From: Mobula hypostoma
Taxonomy: Eukaryota
Direction of reading: 5' to 3'
DNA: 64,000 nucleotides
Assembly (NCBI RefSeq): GCF_963921235.1
Contig: NC_086108.1
Span: forward strand, 60,390,001 to 60,454,000
In this document: in pieces, positions 25,322-38,889 of the stretch
Layout of the letters: each line of letters opens with the position of its first letter
How positions within the stretch are numbered: the first letter of the stretch is position 1
Notes under the pieces: model-generated
Seen by the model: the letters and a program-made list of their open reading frames with translations, nothing else
What the model was told of the DNA's origin: nothing
The model's database searches: none
Position numbers and translations under genes: made by a program

Positions 25322-27735
25322 TAAGACCGTAAGGCATAGGAGCAGAATTATGCTATTTGGTCCACTGAGTCTACTATGCCATTCCATCATGGCTGATTTA
25401 TCCCTCTCAACCCTATTCTTCTGCCTTCTCCCTGTAATCTTTGATGCCCTGGCTAATTAAGAACTATCAACCTCTGCTTTAAATACACCTAATGACTGGC
25501 TTCCACAGCTATTTGTGGCAATGAATTCCATAGATTCGCTACCCTCTAGCTAAAGAAATTCCTCCTCATCTCTGTTCTAAATGGATATTCCTCTATTCTC
25601 AGGCTGTGCCCTCTGGTATTAGACTCACAAACTATAGGAAACATCCTCTCCATATCCACTCTATTTGGACCTTTCAATATTCAATAGGTTTTAAAGAGAT
25701 CCCATCTTATTCTTCCAAATTCCAGCAAGTTCAGGCCCAGAGCCATCAACAACATCTCATATATCAACCTTCATATTTCCAGAATCATTCTCGTGAACCT
25801 CTTCTGGACCCTCTCCAATGCCAGCACATCTTTTCTTAGATAAGTGGTCCAAGACTGCTCACAATACACCAACTGTGGTCTGATCAATACCTTATAAAGC
25901 CTCAGCATTACATTGCAGCTTTTACATTCTAGTCCTCTCGAAATGCACGCTAACATTGCATTTGCCTTACTTACCACTGGCTCAACCTGCAAGTTCTTCT
26001 TTAGGGAATCCTGCATGAGGACTCGCAAGTCCTTTTGCACCTCTGATTTTTGAATTTTCTCCCTGTTTGGAAAATAGTCTATGCCTTAATTCTACCAAAG
26101 TGCATGACCATATACCTCCCTATACTATATTCCATCTGCCTCTTCTCTGACAATGCTCCCAATCTGTCTTAACTCCTTCTGCAGCCTCCCTATACCACAT
26201 AACCTCATCCTTAATAATGGATTCCACCATTTTCCTAACCACTGAAGTCAGGCTAACTGGTCTATAATTTCCTTTCTTCTGCCTCCCTCCCTTCTTAAAG
26301 ATTGGAGTGACATCTGCAATTTTCCAATACCAGGAACCATTCCAGAATCTAGCAATTCTTAAAAGATCACATATGCCTCTATAATCTCTTCAACTATCTC
26401 TTTCAAGACCCTCAGGATTCAGGTGACTTACCTACCTTCAGACATTTCAGCTGCCCAAGCACCTTCACCCTAAAAATGGCAACTACACTCACTTCTGCTC
26501 CCTGATACTCTTGATTTTTTGGCATACTACTAGTGCCTTCCACAGTGGAGATTGATGCAAACTACTCATTAGGTTCATTCACCATTTCTTTGTCCCCTAT
26601 TACTACTTCTCCAGCGTCATTTTCCACTGGTCCAATATATACTCTCATCTCTCTTCTACTCTTTATATATCTGAAAAAAAAAATTTGGTGTCCTTTTATA
26701 TTTAATTTGTAATACAAATATTATATATTTAATATTGAATATACTTTTATATCACCCTCCTATTTCATTTTTTCTTTCCATATAGCTTTTTTTGATGTCT
26801 TCAATTGTTTTTTTTTAAAGCTCTCCAATCCTCTAACTTATTCACTTTTGCTATATTATATGCCCTCTCTTTTGCTTTTATGCTGTCTTTGACTTCGTTT
26901 GGCAGCCACAGTTGCATCATCCTCCATTTAGAATACTTTTTCATCTTTGGGATGCATGTATCCTGCACCTTCTGATTTGTTCCCAGAAACCCCAGACATT
27001 GCTAGTTTGCCATCGTCCCTGCTAGTGTCTCCTTCTAATTAATATTGGCTAGCTCCTCTCTCATGCCTCTGAAATTCCCTTCTCCCCAATGTAATGCTGA
27101 TACATTCGACATTAGCTTCTTCCTTTCAAATTATAATCTCTGGCTCCCAAGGGTTCCCTTATCCTGAGCTCCCTAATCAAATCTGGTTTATTATATAACA
27201 ACCAATCCAGAATTGCTTTTCCCCTAGTGGGCTCAACCACAAGCTGCTGTAAAAAGGCATCTCACAGGCATTCTATAAATTCTCTCACTTGGGATCCAGC
27301 ACCAACCTGATTTTTCCAATCTACCTGAATATTGAAATACCCAACAACTGCCTTTTTACATGACTTTTCTATTTGCCATTGAAATTTGTAGTCTGCATCC
27401 TGCCTACTGTTTGGAAACCTGTATATAACTCTCATTAGGGTCTTTTTATATTTGCAGTTTCTTAACTCTACCCACAAGGATTCTACATCTTCCAATCAAA
27501 TGTTACCCCTTTCTAAGGAGTTGATTTAATTTTTTACCAACAGAGGCGTGCCACTTCTTCTGTCGACCTGCCTGTCCTTTTCATGAAATGTGTATCCTTG
27601 GATGTTAAGCTCCCAACAATGATCTTCTTTCAGCTATGACTCAGTAATGCCCACAATGTCATACCTGCCAATCTCTAATGGCACTGCAAGGTCATCGACC
27701 TTATTCTGTATACTGTGTGAATTCAAATAAAACAC
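25322..27735 (-). mobile_element. CR1 LINE, decayed and internally deleted ORF2
   Basis: YLNSHSIQNKVDDL, VESLWVELRN, VMLRLYKVLIRPQL.YC and a CR1 3' UTR. Confidence 0.9.
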
Positions 27736-28463
27736 CTTGCTTCTAGGATGATATGTTTTTGCTTCAGATAAATGGAAATGATGAATATACACCAAAATAT
27801 GTCGACAGTACCTCAGAACTTGGAAAGATGCAGGACATTGACTTGCATGGCCAAAAGATTGCTTCTGCCTGCTGCATATTTTAGGGCACCAAGTCATCGA
27901 GTTGAACCAACAGGGACACCTACGGGAGAAAGAAAACAGGCTGAAAAGGTGTAGACTTTTGAGAAACAACGTTTACATATCTGCAGAAGAAGTTATGTGG
28001 GCTTTGTCAGCACTTCACTGAGAAATGTCAGCATTTTCCCTGTCACTCTGGAAACTTTGAATTCTCACATGCCTGTGGACCTTCTGCTTTGCCTGATGTA
28101 CTCTCGCTGGCACGTCCTGGCTGTGCATTGCATTGTGGTCCACGTGGATATTAAGCACTTGCAGTGGCAGTGACTCCATTTGATTCCAAGGAGGGGAAGC
28201 ACAAGTAATCTGCATGTTTTTAACATTGATTGAATTTGGATGTATTTAATAGTTATAAGCATTTTCTATTTATTTAATCTTTTCATTTTCCTTTATTTTT
28301 AAACTTACTTAACTTTTCAACTGTGTGATTATTTTTGAACATTATTGAATGTTGGAGTCAACAACACGCAGGAAATAACTTCCCTGGATAAGGGCACACA
28401 TCACCCAGGAGTATGGTGGTAAATATCAGAGGAAACTCTGGTTTTTTTCCTTTAGCAACGGAA

Positions 28464-28922
28464 GACCATAAGACATAGGAGCAGAATTAAGCCATCTGGC
28501 CCATCGAGTCTGCTCCACCTTTGATGCCATGTCCAATCAAGCATGTATCAATCTCTGCCTTAAATACACCCAATGACCTGGCCTCCACAGCTGCATGTGG
28601 CAACAAATTCCACAAATTCACTACCCTTTGACTGAAGAAATTTCTCCGCACTTCTGTTCTGAAAAGGCGCCCTTCTATCCTGAGGCTGTGCCCCCTGGTC
28701 CTAGACTCTCCCACCATGGGAAACATCCTTACTACATCTACTCTTTCTAGACCTTTCAACATTCAGAAGTTTTCAATGAGATCCCCCTCATCCTTCTGAA
28801 TTCCAGCAAGTACAGACTCAGACCTATCAAACATTCCTTGTATGATAACCCCTTCATTCCTGGAATCATCCCCTAGACCCTCTCCAATGCCAGCACATCT
28901 TTTCTAAGATGAGGGGCCCAAA
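28464..28922 (-). mobile_element. CR1 3' fragment
   Basis: ESRTRGHSLRIEGRLFRTEVRRNFFSQRVVNLWN; AGACCATAAGACATAGG tail. Confidence 0.9.
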
Positions 28923-29887
28923 AGGAATGAGAGAACAACATTAGAATGGTTAGCAGACAATGTTATTTTCTTCAGAAAAGCCAGAGTGGATTATGAGTTA
29001 ACCTTCCTCATCACTTCCATCCTCTGCCATGTTTCAGCTTTCTGACATACCAAGTCCTTTCAGATTTCATATGTGAAAATTGATTATTTGTCTCCCGTAG
29101 TGTAATATGCACTTCATTCCCTGGGTTTGGGGATGGATAGCTGGGTGAAGGGTATGGCAAACTACATTCCGGCCCCAAGATCTTGACTTTCTGAACCCAC
29201 TTGGGTCAGAACAAACAGGATTGCACTAAAATAGTGCTCTGGACCTGTTGGAAGTGGGCTCCTGCATTCCCTTCTGCCAGAAGGAATGAAGTTTTTAGAA
29301 GGCCTACTATTGCCTTGAGTATCTGTGCTGTTGCTGCATTGGTTCCCTCTCGTAGCTGGAGTTTTACATTCTATAGCTGCTGGAGGTGAAATTCTGTGAC
29401 ACCCTGTATCCTGGGAAAAACACCCAAGGTGCAAGGAATATACTGACATCTTACTGCCTTCGCTTCCTCTCTATTCATGATTATCCCTTACCTTGCACTA
29501 AGTGCTGGGTGATTCATCAGCCCCTCCCCTGCCCACCCCACTGTGAATACCACATGGAGTAACCTTGCTCACACTGCTCTTCAGTAGCAATTTGTTGTTA
29601 GAAAAGCAACATGACAAATCCCAGAAAATAGAAGGGTCGAGAGAAATGGCAAGGTTGAGTTGAAACCCGTAATCCATCAAAGGACAGCATGAGACGTGAG
29701 ACATAAGACCATAAGACATAGGAGAAGAATTAGGTCATTTAGCCTATTGAGTCTGCTCTGCCATTCAATCATGGCTAATACTTTATTCTCCTCCTCAGCC
29801 CCACTCCCCAGCCTTCTCCCCATGACCTTTGATGCCATGGCCAAACAAGAACCTATCAATCTCTGCCTTAAATACACCCAAAAATGA

Positions 29888-32800
29888 CATAGGCAGCCTT
29901 AAGCATCTGGGGGCCCGTTTCAAGAGTTAATGTGGGACCCTACCCCCGTTTCCCAAAAAGAAGAAAGAAAAAAAGCAAATATTCAAGTTGGTTTGCATCA
30001 ATAATGGTATAATTTCGGACTTAAACGTTGATGCATTATATGCACTTTCAGCATAATAGACAGACAGCTCAATGTAATCCAAACAATTCTCTTAATTAAA
30101 AACTAAAACAATGACATTTTTTGCTTTGGAGTGAGAAGTCTCGCCCTTTTCAGCAACTAGTCTGCATTGAATGGCACTATGTGTTAGGTATCAGCTGGCA
30201 TAAGAACAGCTTAAACAATTTCCCTCTAATTAAATTAATAACAAAAGCAATGTCATATTTCATGAAAATTCACACTTTATTTATTCAATGAACAGTGTCT
30301 GCAAGTTACCTACCGGAAGTTTACAACAAACTGCGTCTCACGCTCTTTCAGCACCACGGACAGCTCATGTAAGGCCTGGAGAGTGAACAGGAGGAGAGTG
30401 AGAGAGAGGTGGGGACGCAAGCGGGAGAGAGAAATTATGATTTGTGGAAACGCCGCCCAATCGCCTATACGCATTCTGAGTGAAATATGTGGTTTATTTT
30501 CTTATTTTAATTATAAACTTTATTTCTGCTAAAAATGAGTTAAAAGACTTACCACTAGAACTTCACCACCCTCCTGCGCTTGAGTGCTGAGAATACATTA
30601 ATGAGCTCATCTTTGTCCAGCAATCTTGTTATTTCATGCTCAATTGATATCCGAGCAAGAGCTGACAGATGCTCCTGGAGCATGGTTGTCCTCAGATGCA
30701 TTTTGATGAGCTTTAGCCCTGAAAAATTCTCTCTCCACTCGCTACAGTCACAGGCACTGTCAGCATGAGTCTTAGAACAATGGTGAGGTCAGGATACAGT
30801 TCAACCAGATTGTTGCTGTAAATGTAGCTCAGAATCTGCAGGCCAATGGTTTCTTTTGCAGGCACGGCACTGACAGCAGCCGACACCTCGCGCAAAAGGC
30901 CCTCAGCATCCACATCACCAAGTGTCTTCTCCATGTTTATGCAGCTGTCTTTCAGTGTGCAACTTTGGGTGGCTTTTTTCATTTCCTGTCTTCCATAAAT
31001 GAAGCCAAACAGACTGTAAAATGACTCCATCAGCTTGAAGCGCTCACTAATGCGTGTGATGGCAGAGTCCACTAGTGGAAGGAAAACTTCTCTCTTGTAC
31101 CATTCCTCGGGTGCCACTGTCAGGGAATGATCTGCACTTTGGGACTCGTATTGGAACTGGCGTTTTGGTTTTCTGATTCGTGCAGTAGGAAAGACCATTG
31201 GCATCCCTATCTCTTCAGCTATGTCTCTGGCATCTGTTTGGGCGGATGAAAGGCCATTCTCTCTGTATTCCTTGAGAAATTTCAGAACATATTCCACCTC
31301 GCGCTGTAGCACATCGACTCCCACTTGTGGGCTTTGGAGCAGCTTGCTGACACGATTCACCTCATGTAAAACGTTGTACCAGATGGTAACAGTCAGCAAG
31401 AATTTCCATGATATGATCTCCCGTTCTAGGCCTCTGGCTGCAGATGTGGTTTCACTGTCACCTTCCTGTGTGGCATGTTCAATCAGTGACAGGAGCGCAT
31501 TGCCATCGGGAAGCTGGTAGTGCAGGACTTTCACACTTTCCACGCGGCACTCCCATCGCGTGTTGGATATGACCTTGAGGGTCCTCTGTGGGACGTTCTC
31601 CTTCAAAAGCTCCCATCTCTGTGTCGATGAGCTGAATAGCGTGTATAGATGTTGCAGCACCCCAAAGAAGCTCACAGACTCCACTGTTGATTTTGCAGCA
31701 TCGACAATGACTAGGTTTAGGCTGTGGCTGGCGCATGGCATGAACGGTGCGTTTTTGTTAATATCTAGCACCCTCTTCTGCAGCCCGCTATTTTTCCCCC
31801 ACATATTGCTCCCGTTATCATATGCCTGCCCCCTGAAATTTTGAGATATCTAATCCTAACTTCTCCATATGCGTTAAGAAAATGTCGGTAACGCCTGCAC
31901 CTGTTGTGTCAAGCACTGGTAGGAAACCGACAAAATGCTCACTAACAGTAGCTCCGACATTTACTTGGCATGTGACAATGCGCCGTGTCACAGAGAGCTG
32001 CTCTATGTGTGCAGCGTCAGTGGTGCAGTCCATTATCACCAAGTAGTAACCTGATTGTTTTACTCTCTCTGTTATCGCTTCCAGTGTCTTGTCTCCAATA
32101 AGTGTGATTAACTCATTTTGATTGGTTTTCCCCATGTAGTGGTCAGCAATCTCTTTTTTCTCTGCTTGTCTGACAAGTTCGCTCATCACTGGATCGAACT
32201 CGGCAAGCAGCTCCACCAGACCTAGAAAGTTCCCATTACTTGGTTCATGTAGGGTGGAATTGTGGCCACGGAAAGCAAGGTTTCATCCTGCAAGGTGACA
32301 GACTATGGTAATGAACCTCTTCATGACATCATTCCAGTGTTTTTTTTCCAGCATTTGCATTTCTTGGTACGTGCTGTCAATGGCACTGTGCGTTCTTAAG
32401 CGTGTTTCCAGCTCGCGGCAGCTATCCATGTTGGCACGGTGCGCATTTGACTTCTCATGATCCTGGAGTGTGAGAGTGAGTCGCTCCCACATTCTGAAAC
32501 CTCCGCAAGTGAGACTGTGACTTCACTTGCCAAATAGGGTACAGCAGAAACAGAAGTTTGAATCAGATGATTCTGAGTACACTAACAATGACCAACGAAT
32601 GGTTTCTCCATTTTTCATCTTCATAAGATATCTGTCCTTGGTAAAACAACGGCGTGATTGGCTCTGTGGAAAGTTAATGTCCTCTAACTGAATGGGACCT
32701 CTCCTAACAATGTCGATCCTTTGGTCACTGGTAATATGCGTTGGTCAACCTGCCAGATCGGTCTCTGTGAATGTTAGTGGGGCTTTCTCTCTGTCTGGTG

Positions 32801-33391
32801 GGCTGGTGGCGGCATCTCCCTCACCTGTCTCAGTTGTAGGACTGTCATCATGCTGTGGTGCTTGTTCATCAAACAAAGTTTGGTCATCATTATCACCATC
32901 TGTTTGAATAAAATTGTTCTTCTCATTTTTGTTGCTCTGATTATCAACATCTCCTGTACCGCTTACACTGTCACTTGGCACTGCAGTCCCATGCTGTGAC
33001 GATGGTGCAGCAGCAACTGCAGTCGGCGGGCCTTTTACAGATGCAGGACCAAAGAAAGAAGTAACTTTTGGGAGACTATTTAGACGTTTTGTTTTGTTGT
33101 CTAATATTTTCCATTTTTTTAGCACCTCTAGGATAGGAGCGTTTCACTTTCCTTTCACTGAAAAGTAGCCTTCTTTGCTAGGAGCAATGTTAACAAGTGA
33201 AGTAAATATTTTAATGTATTTTCTCAGATGTCAGTCAGCGAGCGCCCACTGGTGCTTCGGCTGGCAATAGCAGGAGAATATTGTGGCGTCTGGGAGCTGT
33301 GCATTAAACTTTTGCATGTCAGTCGGGGGCCCCTGGGAGGGCAGGGCCCGTTTAGGTTGAAACGGGTGAAACATAGCTAAGGCCGCCTATG
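29888..33391 (-). mobile_element. Complete-ended hAT DNA transposon (3504 bp)
   Basis: 14-bp TIRs CATAGGCAGCCTTA / TAAGGCCGCCTATG (1 mismatch). Perfect 8-bp TSD AAAAATGA at 29880-29887 and 33392-33399. Subterminal GGGCCC motifs. Confidence 0.95.
30555..33147 (-). pseudogene. hAT transposase (ZMYM1-like: TTF-type zinc finger, DUF4371-type region, hAT dimerisation domain), frameshifted
   Basis: Begins (V)KRSYPRGAKK. Contains RWSLVYSE...FCFCC.LF, HEKSNAH, AFRGH, IMDCTTD..H.EQLS, CASHSLNL, TRW and LTVPVTVASGER.F, spread over several frames. Confidence 0.9.
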
Positions 33392-33596
33392 AAAAATGAC
33401 CTGGCCTCCACAGCTGCCTGTGGTAACAAATTCTGCAAGTTCACCACCCTCTGGCTAAAGAGAATTCTCCGCATCTCTGTTTTAAATGGACATTCCCTAT
33501 CCTGAGGCTGTGCCCTCTTGTCCTACACTTCCCCACCAAGGGAAACATCCTTTCCACATCTACTCTGTCTAGGGCTTTCAACATTCGAAAGGTTTC

Positions 33597-34298
33597 ATAG
33601 AAACATAGAAACATAGAAAATAGGTGCAGGAGTAGGCCATTCGGCCCTTCGAGCCTGCACCGCCATTTATTATGATCATGGCTGATCATCCAACTCAGAA
33701 CCCAGCCTTCCCTCCATACCCCCTGACCCCTGTAGCCACAAGGGCCATATCTAACTTCCTTTTAAACATAGCTAATGAACTGGCCTCAACAGTTTGCTGT
33801 GGCAGAGAATTCCACAGATTCACCACTCTCTGTGTGAAGAAGTTTTTCCTAACCTCGGTCCTAAAAGGCTTCCCCTCTATCCTCAAACTGTGACCCCTCG
33901 TTCTAGACCTCCCCAACATCAGGAACAATCTTCCTGCATCTAGCCTGTCCAATCCCTTTAGGATCTTATACGTTTCAATCAGATCCCCCCTCAATCTTCT
34001 AAATTCCAACGAGTACAAGCCCAGTTCATCCAGTCTTTCTTCATATGAAAGACCTGCCATCCCAGGAATCAATCTGGTGAACCTTCTTTGTACTCCCTCT
34101 ATGGCAAAGATGTCTTTCCTCAGATTAGGGGACCAAAACTGCACACAATACTCCAGGTGTGGTCTCACCAAGGCCTTGTACAACTGCAGTAGTACCTCCC
34201 TGCTCCTGTACTCGAATCCTCTCGCTATAAATGCCAGCATACCGTTCGCCTTTTTCACCACCTGCTGTACCTGCATGCCCACTTTCAATGACTGGTGT
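33597..34298 (-). mobile_element. Younger CR1 3' fragment nested in the older CR1
   Basis: (CATAGAAA)n tail at 33596-33620 and an open ORF2 C-terminus. Host sequence GGTTTCA...ATGAGATCCCCC resumes at about 34300. Confidence 0.9.
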
Positions 34299-36702
34299 AT
34301 TTCAATGAGATCCCCCGTCATCCCTCTAAATTCCAGTTACTATAGGTCCAGAGCCATCAGACATTTCTCATATGATAACCTTTCATTCCCGGAATAATCC
34401 TTGTTAGCCACCTCTGAAGCCTCTCCAATGGCAGCACATCTTTTCGTAGATAAGGATCCTAAAATTATTCACAATATTCAAGGTGAGGCCTCACCAATAC
34501 CTCAGCATCACATCTCTGCTCTTGTATTCTAGACCTCTTGAAATGAATGCTAACATCGCATTTATCTACCTCTACCTCACCACCGACTCAATCTGCAGCT
34601 TAAGCTTCAGGGTGTTCTGCACAAGGACTCCCAAGTCCTTTTGCATCTCAGATTTTTGGATTTTCTTGCTGTTTAGAAAATAGTCTGCACATTTATTTCT
34701 TCTACCAAAGTGTATAACCTTGCATTTTCCAACATTGTATTTTATTTGTCACTTTCTTGTACATTCCCCTAATCTGTCCAAGTCCTTCTGCAACCCTCCT
34801 GTTTCCTCAGCACTACCTGCCCCTCCACCAATCTTTGGATCATCTGCAAACTTGGCGACACAGCCAACTATTCCATCATCTAAATCATTAATATGCAGCA
34901 TAAAAAGAAGTGGTCCCAACACCATCCACTGCAGAATACCACTACTCACTGGCAGCCAACCAGAAAAGGATCCTTTTATTCATGCTCACTACCTCCTAAC
35001 AATCAGCCAATGATCTAACCACACCAGTAACTTCCCTATAGTACCATGGGCTCTTAGCTTGGTAAGCACCCTCATGTGTGGCCTTCTGAAAACTCAAATA
35101 TACAACATCCATTGCATCTCCTTAATCTATCCTACTTAAATTCTCTTCAAAGAATTCCAACAGGTTTGCCAGGCAAGCTTTTCCATTAAGGAGGCTATGC
35201 TGACTTTGTCCTATCTTGTCCTGTGTCACCAAGTACTCCATAACTCATTCTTAACAATTGACTCCAACATCTTTCCAACCACTGAAGTCAGGCTAACTGG
35301 TCTATAATTTCCTTTCTGCTGCCTTACTGCTTTCTTAAAGAGTGGAGTGACATTTCCAATTTTCCAGTCCTCCGGAACCATGCCAGAGCCCAATGATTTT
35401 TGAAAGATCATTTCTAATGCCACCACAATCTCTACCACTACCTCTTTCAGAACCCTAGGATGCAGTTCATCTTGTCCGGGTGGCTTATGTACCCTTAGGT
35501 CTTTCAACTTTTGAGCACCTTCTCTCTTATAATACTAACTGCACTCACTTCTCTTTCCTCACACCCTTCAACACCTGACACACTACTAGTGCCTTCCACA
35601 GTAAAAACTGATTCAAAATATTCATTTAGTTCATCTGCCATTTCTTTGTCCCCTGAGATTATTTCTCCAGCCTTATTTTCTAGTGGTCCTACATCCACTC
35701 GCATCTCTCTTTTATTTTTATATGCTTGAAAAAGCTTTTTCTATCTACCTTGCTATTGTTGGTTAGCTTGATTTCTTATTTCATCTTCTCCCTCCTAACG
35801 TTTCTTTTAGTTGCTTTCCATAGGTATTTAAAAGCTTCCTAATCCTCCATCTTCCTGGTAATTTTTGCTTTGTTGTATGCCCTCTTTTTCACTTTTATAT
35901 TAGCTTTGACTTCCCTTGTCAGCCACAGTTGTACTATTTGCCATTTTGTATTTAGAATACATCTATCCTGCACCTTCCTCATTTTTCCCAGAAACTCACA
36001 CCATTGCTGCTCTGCTATCATCCCTGCCAGCATCTCCTTCCAATTTACTTTGGCCAACTCCTCTCTCATACCACTGTAATTTCCTTTACTCCACTGAAAT
36101 ACTGCTACATCAGACTTTATTTTTTCCCTGTCAAATTTCAAGTTGAACTTAATCATATTATGATCACTGACTCCTAAGGGTTCCTTTAGCTTAAGCTCCC
36201 TAATCGCCTCCGGTTCATTACATAACACGCAATCCAGTATAGCTGATCCCTTAGTAGGCTCAATGACAAACTGCTCTAAAAAGTCATCTCATTCAACAAA
36301 TACATTTTTGAGCTACATTTCCAACCTGATTTTCCCAGACTACTTGCATGTTAAAAATCTCCCATGACTATCATAACATTGTCCTTTTCACACACCTCTT
36401 CTATTTCACATTGTAATCTTTGGACCACATCGCAGCTACTGTTGGAAGCCCTGTTTGCAACTGCCATCAGGGTCCTTCTACACTTGCAGTTTCTTAACTC
36501 AAACCACAAGGATTCAACATCTTCCAATCCTATGTCATATCTTTATAATGATTTTGTGCCATTCTTTACCAGTAGAGCCACGCTACCCCCTCCACCTACC
36601 TTCCTATACCTTCGACACAATATGTAATCTGTAAAAGTGCCACAAGATAGTTCACCTTATTTCTTATACTCCGTGTATTGAGATATAACACTTTGAGTAC
36701 TG

Positions 36703-37531
36703 TGTTACGTACCTCGTGGATATCTTGTGACTGTCTTATGAGCATGATGTAATGGTCTTGTGGAGGTCACATGATGTAACTTTCCCACCAGTGTGAGGTC
36801 ACATGATGACCTGTTCACAACAGGTATAAAAAGGGAAACACTGTTGTGATGCAGTTAGTTTTAGTTTAGTTTTGTTTTAGTTCGTCAGTTACTCCATTAT
36901 GCTGCGTATTTGTCTCATGATGCAGTTTTGTTTTAAAATGCAGTTTTCCCTTCTATTTTAAGGTACAAAGATTGGTGCTGGCAGTTTCACCGATTACTGC
37001 CAGTTTTGTGTGTTGCATTTATAATTTTTACTTTACAGTCCAGGATTGGAGAATGAAGAAAGAGGTGAATAAAGTTGGAGTCGTTTGGCGGCTTTATAAA
37101 GGATAGCCCTCATTGAGTTTTCGTTCAGAAATAGTAACATGCATCTGAGAAAACTCCTGCAAGAGCAGGGAAGTTTGTGTAGTGTTCACTTGCCAGAAAA
37201 TGATCAGTGCCTTTAAGTCATTTTATTTCCTTCGTCGTGAATCCTTTGGAAAATCGGCAGTAACATCACGTCTTCGAAGAAATCTGTTTCCAGTGGAGTC
37301 TCTCCTTATTGACTGTGTAAATCACTCCGACTTTCGAATTTACTACTTTAAGAACTGTGTTCGAATTTACCACTTTAAGAACTGTTTCAGAGTTGCCGTA
37401 TAGCAGTTAACTTCCGGTTAAGCTAGTCATTTGAATATATTTTCCGCTATTGTTGAGCAGAGTTTAATAAATGTTTGTTTGTTCATAAAACCTGACTCAA
37501 TTCTATATTCATTGTTGCTGATTACGTAACA
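36703..37531 (+). mobile_element. Solo LTR (Gypsy-like, 829 bp)
   Basis: Termini TGTTACGTA...TACGTAACA (9-bp inverted repeat) with a 4-bp TSD ACTG. TATA-like GTATAAAAAGG near 36825 and AATAAA at 37466. Confidence 0.9.
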
Positions 37532-38889
37532 ACTGTATTTACTAACCTTTATGATTCTGCATTGATACACACCCTGCTGTCTGCAATTTTGCCAGGAACA
37601 TCTGCCTGTCCTTCCTGACAGTCTGATTGCACACTATCTTTGCTTTTTTAAAATCTATCCTGTCCTGAGTCCTTTCACTCCGGTTTCTATTACACTGCCA
37701 AATTAGTTTAAACCCTCCCCAACAGCTCTAACAAACCTGCCTACAAGAATATTGGTCCCCCTGAAGTTCAGGTGCAACCTGTTCCTTTTATACGTGCCAT
37801 ACCTCACACAGAAGAGATCCTAATAATCCAAGATCCTGAAGCCCTGGCCCTTGCACCAGCTTCCAAGCAAAACATTTGTCTGCCAAATCATCCTTTTTCT
37901 ACCCTCACTGGCATGTGGCACAGGTAGTAATCCAGAAATTACTACCCAGGAGGTCCTGTTTCTCAGGTTTCTGCCTAGGTCTCTAAATTCTCTCTTCAGG
38001 ACCTCTTTGCTTTTCCTTCCTATGTCATTGATGGCAATATGTACCAAGACAGCACCTGGCTGCTCTCCCTCCCCCTCCCAAATTCTGTGGATGCAATCCA
38101 AGGTGCCCCTGATCCTGGCACCTGGGAGGCAACATACCATCCGGGTGTCCCATTCACGTCCACAGAATCTGTTCCCCTGATTATTGAGTCCCCTATCACT
38201 ACCACTCCCCTCCTCCCTCCTTCCTTTCTGCACCACGGTCCCATGCTCGGTGCCAGTAGCATGTTCTCCATGGCATTCCCTTAGGAGGGCATTCCCCATA
38301 ACAGTATCCAAATCAGTATACTTGTTATTGATGGGAATAGTCACAGGGATGCTCTGTGCTAACTGCCTATATGCCTTTCCATTTCTCCTGACAGTCACCC
38401 AGCTACTCACCTCCTGCAACTTAGGGATGACTACTTCCCTGTAACTCTAATTGATTATCTCTTCACTCTCCTGTACAAGCCAAAGGTCATCCAGCTGCTG
38501 CTCCAGATCCCTAACACAGTCTTCAAGGAGTTGTAGCTGGATGCACTTCACGCAGATGTAGTTCCCTGGGAGACTCTGGGACTCCCACTCCAACATCTGG
38601 CATGAAGAACACACAGCGGCCATTCAAATTACACTAAGTGTCCTTGACACAGTAAGAAGAAAGGGAAATTTACCGGAAACTTACCCAGAGCCAACCCCTC
38701 CTTTGAGCCAAAGCCCAACACTCCCACTCTCACCACTGGCCCATTCTAACAATGGCCACTCCATTTGTCCCTTCTGTACTTCTATTCACTCTTCTCTGCA
38801 CTGCACCCGCTGCTGATAGGGCTGCCGGAATGACACCGACCGCCCGTGAAGCTCTCCTGTTTTTAACATATTTAAATATTTGAGATTTG

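Larger units (their letters stand above)
29702..38865 (-). mobile_element. Near full-length CR1 LINE (ORF1 esterase and ORF2) interrupted by three insertions
   Basis: 3' tail at 29702. Colinear pieces at 29702-29887, 33392-33597, 34300-36702 and 37532-38865. ORF1 contains VVIGDSIIRG and VCCLPGARI..VHIAINDIG (SGNH-like); ORF2 contains APE and RT motifs. Confidence 0.9.

Noticed and set aside
33695..34321. 208-aa ORF as an independent gene
   Set aside because: It is the C-terminus of a nested CR1 ORF2 fused to a few host-CR1 codons.
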